Shown here: positions 48,334 through 59,300 of the stretch, piece by piece
Layout: the number at the start of each line of letters is the position of its first letter
Numbering within the stretch: the stretch's first letter is position 1
Assembly (NCBI GenBank): GCA_040235565.1
Contig: JBECLA010000043.1
Location: 4,687-68,686, forward strand
Reading direction: 5' to 3'
From: Thiohalomonadales bacterium
GTDB taxonomy: Bacteria; Pseudomonadota; Gammaproteobacteria; UBA6429; Thiohalophilaceae
DNA: 64,000 nucleotides
Position numbers and translations under genes: made by a program
Notes under the pieces: model-generated
The model's input: the letters and a program-made list of their open reading frames with translations, nothing else
What the model was told of the DNA's origin: nothing
The model's database searches: none

Positions 48334-50732
48334 ATAACCAACAAGATATTTTGCATGCGGCTTCCGACTTTATCCAAACCAATCGGTCCGTTGCGCACCA
48401 CCTGTTCCATTATCTCAGCGCGATGGATCGACAGTTTCTGTTGCGTAGTGAACTTCTGGATGCTTTCGACCAATTGTGCAAGGAAGATTGTCCGGAGTTA
48501 TGCGGCAGCCCTCTCGCCAAGCTGGTCAATAGTTGTCAGGAAGCCGCAATGGACACAAGCTGGATTTATCTGGCATTGCGTCCACGTATTGCTACCTGGA
48601 TGTTTGTTCGCATTCATCTTGAAACCCTGCAAGCAGAGACGATACAGGTTGCGGATTTTCTTCGCTTCAAGGAACGGCTCGCGGCAGGCACAAGTGAAGA
48701 TGACTGGGTACTGGAATTTGATCTGGCACCATTCTCCCGTGAATTTTATAAGCTGCGTGAAGCGAATTCGATCGGCCGTGGTGTGGAATTTCTCAACCGT
48801 CGCCTCTCCAGCCGACTGTTCGAAGAGCTGGGGAAAGGTGACAAACGTATTCTTGCGTTCTTGCAGGTCCACCGCTATCGCGATCAGCAACTCATGCTGA
48901 ATGAAAGCATTGAAGATGTGCATGACTTGCGCAATGCCCTGCGCACCGCCGAATCCTATTTACAAAGCCAGCCTCAGGATAAACCGTGGGAAGATCTCTA
49001 CCCCGAATTACGCAATTACGGATTCGAACCCGGCTGGGGTAACGATGTCGCAAGGATACGCGATACCATGCGATTGTTACTGGATATTCTGGAAGCCCCC
49101 TCTCCCAATAACCTGGAGGATTTTCTGGGCCGCATTCCGATGATTTTCTCGCTGGCCGTAATCTCACCACATGGCTACTTCGGACAATCCAACGTCCTGG
49201 GCCGACCCGACACCGGGGGCCAGGTAGTTTATATCCTGGATCAGGTCCGGGCGCTGGAAAAGGAAATGCGGAATCGTCTGTTGCAACAAGGGCTAAACAT
49301 CGAGCCGCAAATCGTCGTGCTGACACGTTTGATTCCCACTGCCGAAGGATGTACCTGTAATGAGCGTCTGGAACCCATTGTCGGTACCCATAATGCACGT
49401 ATTCTGCGAGTGCCATTTCGCAATCCCGACGGCGAAATCATTCCCCACTGGATATCACGCTTCGAGATCTGGCCCTACCTGGAACAATACTCCATCGAGG
49501 CCGAACGTGAGTTACTGGCGGAACTCAGCGGCCAACCGGACCTGATCATCGGTAACTATTCCGACGGCAATCTGGTAGCGTCACTGATGTCCCAGCGGTT
49601 GGGCATTACCCAATGCAATATTGCCCATGCCCTTGAAAAAACCAAATACCTCTATTCCGATCTGTATTGGCAGAACAATGAAGAACATTATCATTTTTCC
49701 TGTCAGTTCACGGCAGATCTGATTGCCATGAATACCGCGGATTTCATCATCACCAGTACCTACCAGGAAATCACCGGTACCCCTGACAGTGCCGGCCAAT
49801 ATGAAAGCTATGCCCTGTTTTCAATGCCTGGGCTGTATCGGGTGGTCCATGGTATCGATGTGCATGATCCCAAGTTCAACATTGTCTCTCCCGGCGCGGA
49901 TGCAGATGTCTATTTTCCTTACACAGATACCGAGCGCCGGCTGACGCACCTGGCACAGGAAATTGAGGAACTGGTCTTCGGTCAGGAGGCGCATGATGAC
50001 CGGCGTGGCGTTTTGACTGACAGGGAGAAGCCCATCCTGTTTACCATGGCACGGATGGACCACATCAAAAATATCACCGGGTTAGTGGACTGGTATGCGC
50101 AAAACGACGCCTTGCGCAATGAAGCCAACCTGCTCATTGTATCCGGTCATGTTAATCCGGAGCTTTCCAGTGATGCTGAGGAACGCGAACAAATCCACAC
50201 CATGCATTCACTCATGGATCTGTATCAGCTGGACAATCAGGTTCGCTGGCTTGGTGTTCACCTTGAAAAATCAATGTCTGGCGAGCTTTACCGCTTTATT
50301 GCCGATAAAAGAGGTGCCTTTGTCCAACCCGCCTTGTTCGAGGCATTTGGACTGACGGTAATTGAAGCGATGAGTTCGGGCTTGCCGACCTTTGCCACTT
50401 GCTTCGGCGGCCCTCTGGAAATCATTGAGGAAGGCATATCCGGTTTTCATATTGATCCGACGCATGGGGAAGCCGCGGCAACGACGATGGCGAATTTCTT
50501 CAGCAAATGTCGTGACCAGAAGAATTACTGGGAACAAATCTCACACGGTGGCCTGGCCCGGGTTGAAGCGCGTTATACCTGGAAGAAATACGCCGAGCGT
50601 ATGATGACCCTGTCACGCATCTACGGCTTCTGGAAATATGTCAGCCATCTGGAACGGGAGGAAACCCAGCGTTACCTGCAGATGTTCTATGGCTTGCAGT
50701 ATCGTCCGCTGGCACTCGCCATGGCGAAATAA
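48330..50732 (+). CDS. Sucrose synthase
   Basis: 800 aa. Motifs [29 protein letters not shown] and the C-terminal GT4 [16 protein letters not shown] are typical of SuS. ATGA overlap with the kinase stop. Confidence 0.93.
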   Translation: MNNQQDILHAASDFIQTNRSVAHHLFHYLSAMDRQFLLRSELLDAFDQLCKEDCPELCGSPLAKLVNSCQEAAMDTSWIYLALRPRIATWMFVRIHLETLQAETIQVADFLRFKERLAAGTSEDDWVLEFDLAPFSREFYKLREANSIGRGVEFLNRRLSSRLFEELGKGDKRILAFLQVHRYRDQQLMLNESIEDVHDLRNALRTAESYLQSQPQDKPWEDLYPELRNYGFEPGWGNDVARIRDTMRLLLDILEAPSPNNLEDFLGRIPMIFSLAVISPHGYFGQSNVLGRPDTGGQVVYILDQVRALEKEMRNRLLQQGLNIEPQIVVLTRLIPTAEGCTCNERLEPIVGTHNARILRVPFRNPDGEIIPHWISRFEIWPYLEQYSIEAERELLAELSGQPDLIIGNYSDGNLVASLMSQRLGITQCNIAHALEKTKYLYSDLYWQNNEEHYHFSCQFTADLIAMNTADFIITSTYQEITGTPDSAGQYESYALFSMPGLYRVVHGIDVHDPKFNIVSPGADADVYFPYTDTERRLTHLAQEIEELVFGQEAHDDRRGVLTDREKPILFTMARMDHIKNITGLVDWYAQNDALRNEANLLIVSGHVNPELSSDAEEREQIHTMHSLMDLYQLDNQVRWLGVHLEKSMSGELYRFIADKRGAFVQPALFEAFGLTVIEAMSSGLPTFATCFGGPLEIIEEGISGFHIDPTHGEAAATTMANFFSKCRDQKNYWEQISHGGLARVEARYTWKKYAERMMTLSRIYGFWKYVSHLEREETQRYLQMFYGLQYRPLALAMAK

Positions 50733-50744
50733 CTGATTATAAAA

Positions 50745-50776
50745 ACAGGCTGCACCCGTAAAAAGGTGCTGCCTGT
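50745..50776. terminator. Shared hairpin between convergent sucrose synthase and dienelactone hydrolase genes
   Basis: acaggctgcacc-cgtaaaaa-ggtgctgcctgt: a 12-bp stem with one mismatch. Confidence 0.55.
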
Positions 50777-50790
50777 GGTGTCCCGTTTAT

Positions 50791-51576
50791 TTATTTAAAA
50801 ATTTGCTGGAAAAAACTCTGCAGCTTCTGCCAGGATTCCTTATCCACCTCGGCATTGTATGCCAGCGGTAACTGGAATTTTTTACCGTTTGCCGTGGCTT
50901 CCGGATTGGTAAAACTGTGTTTGGCACCCGGGTAATTCACGAACTCGTAATCCACCCCGGCAGTATCCATTTCCTGTTTGAAGGCGGCAATCTGTTCCGG
51001 CTTGACAAACGGGTCGTCCGCCCCGTTCATCACCAGCACTTTGGCTTTTACCTTGCCCGCTTCCGCCGGGGCACCGGCACCCAGACTGCCATGGAAACTG
51101 GCGACACCATCCAGGTCCACACCACGCCGAGCCATGGCCAGCACCACGCCACCACCGAAGCAATAGCCGATCGCGGCAATTCGTTGTTTATCGGTCTGCG
51201 GTTGCTGTTGTAACAAGGTTAACCCTGCCATAAACCGTTGCTCGGCCACATCCAGATTCTTCATCACTTCACTGGAGAACTTGGAGGCATCTTCGGGATG
51301 TGAAGCCGTTTTGCCATCGCCATACATATCCAGCGCCAGAGCAATGTACCCCAGTTCGGCCAACATCCGGGCGCGCTTGCGAATATACTCATTCTGGCCC
51401 CACCATTCGTGGACCACCAGCACGCCGGGGCGCTTCGTCTTCTGGGCATCGTCATAGGCAAGATAACCTTTCAACTCCAGGCCATTTGTTGTGTAGGTAA
51501 CTTCTTTTGTCACCACTTTCGCCTGTACCGTGGCCGCAAAGGAAAACAGCAGGAAAAAACACATCAAGCGTTTCAT
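50791..51576 (-). CDS. Secreted dienelactone hydrolase-family protein
   Basis: Signal peptide, alpha/beta-hydrolase nucleophile elbow GYCFGG, ~260 aa. Confidence 0.85.
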   Translation of the reverse strand: MKRLMCFFLLFSFAATVQAKVVTKEVTYTTNGLELKGYLAYDDAQKTKRPGVLVVHEWWGQNEYIRKRARMLAELGYIALALDMYGDGKTASHPEDASKFSSEVMKNLDVAEQRFMAGLTLLQQQPQTDKQRIAAIGYCFGGGVVLAMARRGVDLDGVASFHGSLGAGAPAEAGKVKAKVLVMNGADDPFVKPEQIAAFKQEMDTAGVDYEFVNYPGAKHSFTNPEATANGKKFQLPLAYNAEVDKESWQKLQSFFQQIFK

Positions 51577-51738
51577 ATTTTTCTCCTTGTTATGTCCGAA
51601 TATTATTGTGTTTTTATTGATCGAATTACCGATGATGGGAGATTTGAAGTATAGCCGAAGAGGATGGTTTTTCTGTGAGAGGGGGGGAATCTCTGATGTG
51701 CACCGATGCTGGTCGGGAACCCCTGTTCAGCCCGCTAA

Positions 51739-52113
51739 TTAATGCGACGTGTCACTCAGCCCAAATTCGCCATGCCACTGACCGTGGCGGAAATCAATGC
51801 GTAACCATTTGGGAACAAAAGCAGCCGACTTGACGATGGGAAAGTCGGTCAACGGTGGCTCATCGCCTTCATAATCCTTGCCACAGGCCTGGGTCATGAC
51901 CGGTCGAAAATTTACCACCAGTTTATCCGACACGGCCACACCATCGCCATGCACCGCCTGATCATAAAACCGCACCTTGAACCGGATCAGGCAACTGAAA
52001 TATAACTCCATCTCGGCATACAAGGGGGTACTCCGTGCAGCCAGTGCCTGTTGCGCCGCGGGACTGAGCTGCAGTTTGATCGGCTTGTTGGCAATCCTGA
52101 TATCGGTCTCCAT
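51739..52113 (-). CDS. Hypothetical protein (124 aa)
   Basis: Last ORF of the same-strand run starting at the TetR gene. No motif recognised. Confidence 0.5.
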   Translation of the reverse strand: METDIRIANKPIKLQLSPAAQQALAARSTPLYAEMELYFSCLIRFKVRFYDQAVHGDGVAVSDKLVVNFRPVMTQACGKDYEGDEPPLTDFPIVKSAAFVPKWLRIDFRHGQWHGEFGLSDTSH

Positions 52114-52154
52114 GTCGCCTCCTGATAGCGTACCTGGTTGTTCATTTTTGTTGT

Positions 52155-52808
52155 TTACAAAGCCTGCAATGCCGTGACGATCTCTGCCGGTTCCATGCGC
52201 CGGGTATAGTTCTTGTCGACATGGGCCGCGCGGATTATCCCGGCCTGATCAATCACGTAGGTGGCGGGTACCGGCAATTCAAAACTCTCCTCGCCATTGG
52301 CCGCCGGGATATCAATTCCCCACTGTGCATAGTACGGTCTTATCGCTTCGTCGACGACCATCACCAGGCCATATTCCCGCGTCACCTGATTGCCCACATC
52401 GCTCAATACTTCAAACTCCAGTTGATGCTCCCGGACGGTTTGCTGACTGACTGCCAGGGTCTCAGGTGAAATACCGACCAGCGTCGCGTCCAGAGCCTGC
52501 ATTTCCGATAATTTGTCATGCAAGGCCTTGAATTCCAGGTTACAGAACGGACACCACCCGCCGCGGTAAAAACTCAACACTACCGGGCCGCGTTCCAGCA
52601 GTTCCGTTAAACTGGTTTCCCCTCCTTTGACATTGGGCAGCTGAAACGCCGGTGCATTATCGCCCACACCTTTGGCATGATCTGTGATATTCGAGTCCAG
52701 CAGGCGCTGGAATACCTCGCCCACCGTCTGCCGCACCTCCGGCGTCAGCCCGCCAATAAACGCCTCGACGGTTTCCTGGGTTTGCTGTGCCAGCGTTTTG
52801 TTCATCAT
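52155..52808 (-). CDS. Peroxiredoxin-like (AhpC/TSA / redoxin family) protein
   Basis: Thioredoxin-fold motif GGWCPFCNLEF; 217 aa. Confidence 0.8.
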   Translation of the reverse strand: MMNKTLAQQTQETVEAFIGGLTPEVRQTVGEVFQRLLDSNITDHAKGVGDNAPAFQLPNVKGGETSLTELLERGPVVLSFYRGGWCPFCNLEFKALHDKLSEMQALDATLVGISPETLAVSQQTVREHQLEFEVLSDVGNQVTREYGLVMVVDEAIRPYYAQWGIDIPAANGEESFELPVPATYVIDQAGIIRAAHVDKNYTRRMEPAEIVTALQAL

Positions 52809-52823
52809 GATCTCCAGCTTGTT

Positions 52824-53252
52824 CTAGATCAGGGTTAACGGGTTTACAGGCTGACTCAGGCCGTCAAGATCGAAGACCGTGGTCTGGCCGGTGGCGTGAT
52901 CGGTCACCTCCATGCGGCTGGCGCGGGGAGTTTTAGCGACGATGGCAAAACCGGAAAAATGAATCGTGGTGAGGATCACGTCATCCTCATCCAGCAGCAG
53001 GACCTTGCGGGTCACCCGGTCCTGCAGGTCATACCAGGCGCGGATACGGCAGTAGCCGAGGCTACTGGCGATTCGCCCGTTACGCGCCTCGGCCTGCACG
53101 ATCAGGTAGGCATGGCCTTCGATGGTTTCCCGGCCCAGGGTTTCCGTGGTGAAGTCCTCCGGCCCGATGTGGATCAGGGATGTCGGCGCATCCGCGCCAA
53201 CAACCAGACTGGCGGTCAGTAACAGCACACAAACGATAAACAAGGTACGCAC
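52824..53252 (-). CDS. Small secreted hypothetical protein
   Basis: Signal peptide MRTLFIVCVLLLTASLVVGA, 142 aa, sequence that looks beta-rich by eye. Confidence 0.55.
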   Translation of the reverse strand: MRTLFIVCVLLLTASLVVGADAPTSLIHIGPEDFTTETLGRETIEGHAYLIVQAEARNGRIASSLGYCRIRAWYDLQDRVTRKVLLLDEDDVILTTIHFSGFAIVAKTPRASRMEVTDHATGQTTVFDLDGLSQPVNPLTLI

Positions 53253-53305
53253 GGCTGTCTCCTTAATTTAGTCAGTTGTCTTACTAATTTTGTAGCAAAA
53301 TAAAA

Positions 53306-53866
53306 TCACACTGTTTCCAGCCAACGGCGCAACCGGCCGACCTGCTGCTCCACCATGGCCTCATCATTGAGGGCATTGGCCAGCAGGCTGATCCCCTGCA
53401 GGTTGGTCAGCAGCTCGATCGCCAGGGCACGGGCAGCCGCATGGCCCATGGCCGCGAACTGTCGTTCCACCCAGTCCAGTTGAAAGGTCAGGATCCGGCT
53501 GGCCTGCTCGGCCAGCGGACCGTCTTCCTTGCTCAACTCCTGGCACAGGCTGCCAATCGGGCAACCGGATTCGGCCAGGATTTTCTTGAACGACTCCAGA
53601 TAATCCAGCAAGGCATTGAGGCGGGCCAAGGGGTCCGCAATCTCCGTGTCCCAGCGTTGAAACTGGGCCATGAAGCTTTCCAGGTGCTCCTTGATCACCG
53701 CCGCCGCGATATCGTCCTTGGTCTTGAAGTAGTAATACACGTTACCCAGCGGGACTTCGGAGCGTTGCGCGATCTCTGACAGCGTGGTTTGCCGGTAGCC
53801 CTGCTGATGAATCAACTCCCGGGCCGCCGCGAGCAGTTTTTCCCGTTTGTCGCTGGTTCTTGGCAT
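53306..53866 (-). CDS. TetR-family transcriptional regulator
   Basis: N-terminal HTH (GYRQTTLSEIAQRSEVPLGNVYYYFKTKDD). Confidence 0.9.
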   Translation of the reverse strand: MPRTSDKREKLLAAARELIHQQGYRQTTLSEIAQRSEVPLGNVYYYFKTKDDIAAAVIKEHLESFMAQFQRWDTEIADPLARLNALLDYLESFKKILAESGCPIGSLCQELSKEDGPLAEQASRILTFQLDWVERQFAAMGHAAARALAIELLTNLQGISLLANALNDEAMVEQQVGRLRRWLETV

Positions 53867-54283
53867 TGGTGTCTTTAGTTAGTTGGATAACTGACTACAA
53901 CTATAGGTCATTATTGTTGCCTGGCAAGGAAGTAAGGCGGAAAAAGTTAACCTAATCACACATAATGTATATGTGTATTTTCAGTAAGGCTCACTCCGGC
54001 CTCAGCGGATGATCTGTTTATCCCGCTCCCGCAGTAACTGGTCAGGAACTGGCACAGATCGATTTTTCCCGCGCTCAACACACCTGATATGGCGGAAACC
54101 GCCATCGCGACGATGGTGAATCAGAGCAACACCGTTTCCTGTGGCAGGGTGTGGTCTCAGTGAACAAACGTGGCTGCTCTGAATAACTGGACACAGGAAT
54201 GATAATCCCGGCTGCAAAATATCATCCGGGGTGTCGTCGTCGCAACGACACCACTTATTACTGTGATACTTAGGACGATACCT

Positions 54284-54493
54284 CTAGCTTTCGTACTTGA
54301 ACGAAACTTTAATTTTCGCCCGATAAGCCTTGATAGTACCATCCTCGATTTGCACATCCAGCTCGGAGACTTCCGCAATACGAAGATCCCGCAGTGATTC
54401 GGAAGCGCGCTTCACCGCCACGGCAGTGGCCTTCTCCCAGGATTCACTACTTGTCCCTACCAGCTCGATGACTTTGTAAACGCTCTCTGCCAT
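54284..54493 (-). CDS. Dodecin-family flavin-binding protein
   Basis: 69 aa: MAESVYKVIELVGTSSESWEKATAVAVKRASESLRDLRIAEV...KVSFK, the typical dodecin pattern. Confidence 0.85.
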   Translation of the reverse strand: MAESVYKVIELVGTSSESWEKATAVAVKRASESLRDLRIAEVSELDVQIEDGTIKAYRAKIKVSFKYES

Positions 54494-54618
54494 GTCGGTC
54501 TCCTTATGATGTCGATGAACAGCATTGTGGTCGGATTACTTCAAGCCACGTTAGCATTTTTCCAGTAGTTCTAATTCTGGTTGAATATAAAGAAAGCGCA
54601 AATCCGGATATCTGTAAA

Positions 54619-54975
54619 TCACTCAGTTCCCTGGCGATACAGTTGTGATGTGTCTGCAAAAATCAAATATTCAGTGATGCCCTGGGAATCCATCCTGAAA
54701 ATATTTGAAAAAGGCACCGTCAATACCGTACCGTCATTACGTGTATACGAGACAAGACCATGGCATACCATCCCACCCGGCACATCCCAGTTATCATTTA
54801 TCTGATGCGACAGCGCATGAATTGAATCAAAGAATCCACCAACATATTGCCTGATATCACTCACACCGGTCACAACCGGTCCGTTCCCGAATCGAAACAT
54901 GCAGTCAGGCGCCAGAAAAGATATAAACTTGTCAGTGTCCTTATCGTCAATCGCTTTGAATAACTCATGAATCAT
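54619..54975 (-). CDS. NTF2/SnoaL-like small protein
   Basis: 118 aa. N-terminus ELFKAIDDKDTDKFISFLAPDCMFRFGN is typical of SnoaL-like folds. Confidence 0.7.
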   Translation of the reverse strand: MIHELFKAIDDKDTDKFISFLAPDCMFRFGNGPVVTGVSDIRQYVGGFFDSIHALSHQINDNWDVPGGMVCHGLVSYTRNDGTVLTVPFSNIFRMDSQGITEYLIFADTSQLYRQGTE

Positions 54976-55045
54976 CAATCATTCTCCCTGGCGGCAGGAT
55001 TACGAACGGTTTAACGACGTAGTTTGCATCCGAATGAACGCCATA

Positions 55046-55486
55046 TTATTCGTTAAGTTTTTTGTTGTGCAGTAAACCAACAATAATGCCATAACAGACA
55101 AACTCAACAGCACCAAACACAAACCACTTGGCGGCTAGTGACGCAGGTACTGGATAAACAAGATATTGGTTTAAATCCACAAGCAGGCCAGCGATAATTG
55201 CAAATATTAGACCATGCTGTATTCCTTCCTTTACCCCACCTTCTCGAACATAGTGATTGAATGACAATACAAATATAATAGCGATGCCCAGCATTAAAAT
55301 TAATGCGACAGCCATGTTGCGCTCACTAGCGGGACGCGCAAACTCTGTTAATGCAAGGTTGGCACCTTTGAGGATGACCATATGAACCAGACCATTCCAG
55401 AGTAATGCAAAAACAAAAATCACAATAACAGAGATGATTATTCTTTGCCGTGACATGACAATACTTTTATCGCATAACAGTTGCAT
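55046..55486 (-). CDS. Hypothetical membrane protein (4 TM helices)
   Basis: Hydrophobic ORF. The start is uncertain (TTG 55504, ATG 55486 or ATG 55456). AT-rich DNA. Confidence 0.55.
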   Translation of the reverse strand: MQLLCDKSIVMSRQRIIISVIVIFVFALLWNGLVHMVILKGANLALTEFARPASERNMAVALILMLGIAIIFVLSFNHYVREGGVKEGIQHGLIFAIIAGLLVDLNQYLVYPVPASLAAKWFVFGAVEFVCYGIIVGLLHNKKLNE

Positions 55487-55498
55487 GAGGGGAGCGAA

Positions 55499-55557
55499 AA
55501 TCAACGCTTTTGAGCGTCACAGTGAGCGAAGCGAATGACTCAATGCACTTGTTAGGC
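55499..55557 (-). other. attC-like 59-bp site (very tentative)
   Basis: On the coding (minus) strand: GCCTAAC-aagtgca-ttgagtca-...-tgacgctcaa-aagc-GTTGATT. The left box fits RYYYAAC. The inner arms pair with a 2-nt bulge. The right box deviates from GTTRRRY at one position. Confidence 0.25.
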
Positions 55558-55636
55558 ATGTTATTTCCTGACGAATATCACCATTGATGAGGTTCAATTG
55601 TACAATGAATTAAAATAATTTCGCCTTCGTTATTCT

Positions 55637-56173
55637 TTAAGCCGAAACTTTTTGGAATTCCTTTTTGGACTCGATCAGTCTTTGCCAATGCTCAACTGTA
55701 ATTGGCTTGTCTGGAACTGCCGTCTCCTCGTCGACCACAGCCAACACATCGTGAAACGGTAGAACTTTTCTGTGATGAACAAACACGCCCCGCACCTGTA
55801 CTACTGCGCAAAGCTTTTCTGCTGCGAAAAACCGGTGTTCTGTATACCAATACTTGTCGTCCCAATGGGTAAACCGCGTTAAGACTTCAAACTGCTGAAA
55901 AGGATTTATCGGTTTGAAGTAACTTATTTCCTGAGCTTGTGCTATGGGTAGCCACTTTCGTTTGAGCAGTTTAAACAAGGCGCCGACCTGGCCCATGTAG
56001 TAAAACCGACTCACATCACACAATGAAAAATACCGTGAATTGGTCAAATGCAGATTAAAATCACAATCCAGTGGCCAGACACGGTACTTCATACGGCTCT
56101 CATCGAGCAGGCCAATCTTGTTCACAACCATGCTTCTCAACAGCATCAACAACAACCTGAAATACAAGTTCAT
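55637..56173 (-). CDS. Hotdog-fold thioesterase-family protein
   Basis: 178 aa. The pattern (WPLDCDFNLHLTNSRYFSLCDVSR...) resembles thioesterase-like superfamily proteins. From memory. Confidence 0.65.
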   Translation of the reverse strand: MNLYFRLLLMLLRSMVVNKIGLLDESRMKYRVWPLDCDFNLHLTNSRYFSLCDVSRFYYMGQVGALFKLLKRKWLPIAQAQEISYFKPINPFQQFEVLTRFTHWDDKYWYTEHRFFAAEKLCAVVQVRGVFVHHRKVLPFHDVLAVVDEETAVPDKPITVEHWQRLIESKKEFQKVSA

Positions 56174-56349
56174 TGAGACCTCCTTCTCTCCAATGATTTA
56201 ATCCGTACCTAACTACAATCAAGGGTCGAAAAGTCTGAAGTAAAACGGATTTTCAGGACCAATAAAAATTTGTTTTGTTCAACAACAATCGCTTACATAC
56301 GTGTTATTGGACACTTGCGTAACAAACCCAAACGCGACTTTTTATAAAG

Positions 56350-59300
56350 CTATTTATTCTCCGTTGGCGGTGCACTCGCCTGTTCCGGAGCTTGACCCCT
56401 TCTCGGTTTGCGTCGTTTGACTTCCAGATGTTGCCAGATCGCGGTGGTGGTAAAGCATTGCCAGCCCCAACGCAGCCAGCGCAACAACGACACGGCCAGC
56501 CACAAGGCCCAGGCCAACATGAGCAGACGATATACCAGTAAGGGCATACTCAATACCCAGGGTTGTGGCAGATGAGCCGCACTACGATCCTGATACCAGT
56601 TGAGTTCATAGGCGCTCGACTGGTTACCGGAGACATGCATTTCAGGTGTCCCCAGCAAGCCTTGTTCCACGGCAATAAACAGGAACGCCAACGCAAACAA
56701 CGTCATCACCACCAGCCCGATCTGCATGCTGTCAAACAGGAACGGTGTCGGGAGTTTCTCTAACCGGCAGCGTACCCCCAACAACATGAGCCAGATCACG
56801 ATAAACGCCGCCATGAACAATGACACCTGGCTCAACCCGATTCCCAGCAATAACCACTGCCAACTCTTCAAGGGTGTTAATGGCACCCGTCCCAATCCCA
56901 GCGCGATCAGCAGCAGAACGATCAACACGCCCCAGAACAGCACCGCCGGGCCCATGCGGGGGCCACCGGTAAATATCAGCCAGCGATCCTGGCCCAGGTT
57001 CATTCTGATCGTGGCGTTGGTACTGTTACTGCCGAGATCCACCGCGGCGTTCCGGTACAGGCTGGTGATCCCCTGCGGCAGTCGCCAGCTCAGACTGATG
57101 CTCTGTTTACCCGGCACCACCGGCAGAGTCACGCTGTTGCCTTGTTGTCGAATCGGCTGGGTCACGCCATTGATACTGACGGACTGCAACCGCGCACTTG
57201 CGGGCAACTGCAGGGTATGTTGTCCGCCCTGGCTGCTGCGCAGACTGAAATCAAGCGTGGCATCCGTAGCACGTTTACCGGGTTTGAGGTGTAACTGGCT
57301 ATCGTCGATGGTGAGGGTTTTGCCATCGATGCCTTCCGGTTTGGTAATGGCCAACGTGACGCTTTCTCCCGGCCAGGGACGCCATTCCGGTAACCAGTTC
57401 TGTTGCTGGTCCTGATGATGCACCACCGGGACCCCCTCTGCCTGCATGTGCCAGACCGGACTGACATTCACTCGCCACACTTCCAGCCAGTCCGTGAGAT
57501 CGGGTGCCGTGAGACTGATGTCTGTCTGCCGGTCGAGCACCGACATCCAGCGATAGACCGACTGGTCGGACGCCATGTTGACCAGTACCCGGTTTTGCTT
57601 CACCCGGACGCCTTCGGGGCTGATGGGTGACTCACCCGCCAGCAAGGGGATCTCCAGGACGACCGGGCTTCCCGGCGGTGAGGCCCTGACCACACGGGTT
57701 TCGACATGCCATTCGAGTCCCAGGTGCAGGGTGCGCTCCACTCGCACAAACGGTGGCAAGGCACCCGGCTCGAGCGTCACCTGGTGCGGCGGCTCCCCGT
57801 CAGCCCGAATGCGGGTCAACTGTAACTGGGGATCGACCTGACCGTTCTCATGCACCCCTTCGACGCTCCAGCCTTCGGCCTCGACCCTGACGTAGTGCGG
57901 CGTGAGGGGTAAGGGCAAGGCAAAATCTGTCCGCGGCGGCACCCTACCAGTCAGCTCGACCTGGTGCCGCCCCGGTGCCAGGCCCAGCCACAGTCCGTTA
58001 CCCGGGGCACGAGTCAAACTTTGCGCCGGCTGGCCGTCAACCAGCACCCGGCTCGGCATCCAGTGCTGGGCATGCGACGGCAACGGCACCGCCACCTGCT
58101 GTTGGGCATGGATTTCCAGGCGGAGGGATAACCGGTCCGGAGTGATCACCAGCCGCATGCGCGGTGACTGGGCACAGGTCGGTAAACACTCCGGTGCGGC
58201 GAGCAGGCGTTGCTTCAGTTGCTGCAGGAGCTCCGGAGGTGGCGTGGTGTCATTGGGCAGGGGTTCGGCGGCATCAGCCGTTTGCGGCCCGTTCCCCAGT
58301 AGCCCGATCAGGCCGCACAACAGGATGGCAGTGCTACTGCTGAAGGGATTGCTAAAACGCATGCCCTTGCCACGCTGCAACATCACGCCAAACATCAGGC
58401 CACCCAGCAGGATCACCAGGCCCACGCGCAGAAAATTCAACAGCATGTTGACTATCGGCGGCAACAGCACCAGGCCCACCTGTTGCTGGCGTTCGACCGG
58501 GCCGTTCCAGCTTAACGGGATGCGCGTCCATTGCCATTGCGGTAACCCCGGACCGGTTTGCACATTGGCGCCGGGATCAATCTGGGTAAGATCCATGCCC
58601 TTGTCATACGACGAATAGGCATCGAGGCGTTCTAAATCCGGCCGCATTTTCTTTGCTTCGCGCGGTGCCTCGGCCTCCTGCATGGCTTCAGCCTTGCGGC
58701 GCGGCGCCGCGGAACTCACGGCAAGGGTGGTCGGCGTCATGCTTTGCCAGGGACGCTCCAGTTGTGGATACAGGCCGAGGCGCACCTGCTGCACGGCAAA
58801 GGGAATCACGATCAGCGCCAGACCGAGCAAACTCAGATTGCGATACCAGATCACCACGCGGTGGAAATTGCCGCTGGGTACGACCCGCAATAGTGCGATG
58901 GCGATCAACACATTCACCCACACGAACTGCGGTGCCAGGGGCTGATGCCAGACCAGGGTCAGAGTGGTTAATGCGAGCAGCCCCCAGCGCCAGTTCCACA
59001 AGCGCAGGATTGCCAGTGACAGGATCAACACCATGAACAGATCCAGCAGGGTCCAGCGTTGCAGCCAGGTCTGGGGGACGTTATCCACCCCGCTGGCTGA
59101 GAACAATAACCAACCCGGCGGTAAATTCAGTTCAGCCGTGACGCGATGAAAATCCTGGTCCCACCCGGTCGCGGGGATCCGACCCAGCTGGGCAGTATAA
59201 CGACTGTCGGCACTGAGATTGATCGCCCCGCGGCGCACCTCAACCCCTTTCCGGGTTGCGCCGGGCAAATGGGTGATGAACTGGGGCACCCCATCAATGT

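Noticed and set aside
49018-49035. ggattcgaacccg, the reverse complement of a tRNA T-arm consensus.
   Set aside because: It lies inside the sucrose synthase reading frame ([10 protein letters not shown]). There is no flanking acceptor or anticodon stem complementarity. I found no tRNA gene in the window.
54002-54283. An open frame of 93 codons continues in frame after the dodecin TAG stop (RYRPKYHSNKWCRCDDDTPDD...VPVPDQLLRERDKQIIR). The track lists its TTG-started part as a 71-aa ORF.
   Set aside because: At ~69 aa the dodecin is already full length for its family. A hairpin (ggtgtcgt-cgtcgca-acgacacc, 54229-54251) that probably terminates the dodecin transcript lies inside the frame. There is no ATG or SD, and I recognise no family. 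It could be a gene remnant, but I cannot support a call.
54494-55045. Searched the two other spacers of the small-gene run (54494-54618 and 54979-55045) for attC-like sites.
   Set aside because: Only isolated matches to RYYYAAC or GTTRRRY (ATTCAAC, GTTAAAC) turned up, without the paired inverted-repeat architecture. This weakens the integron-cassette interpretation of the 55499-55557 site.
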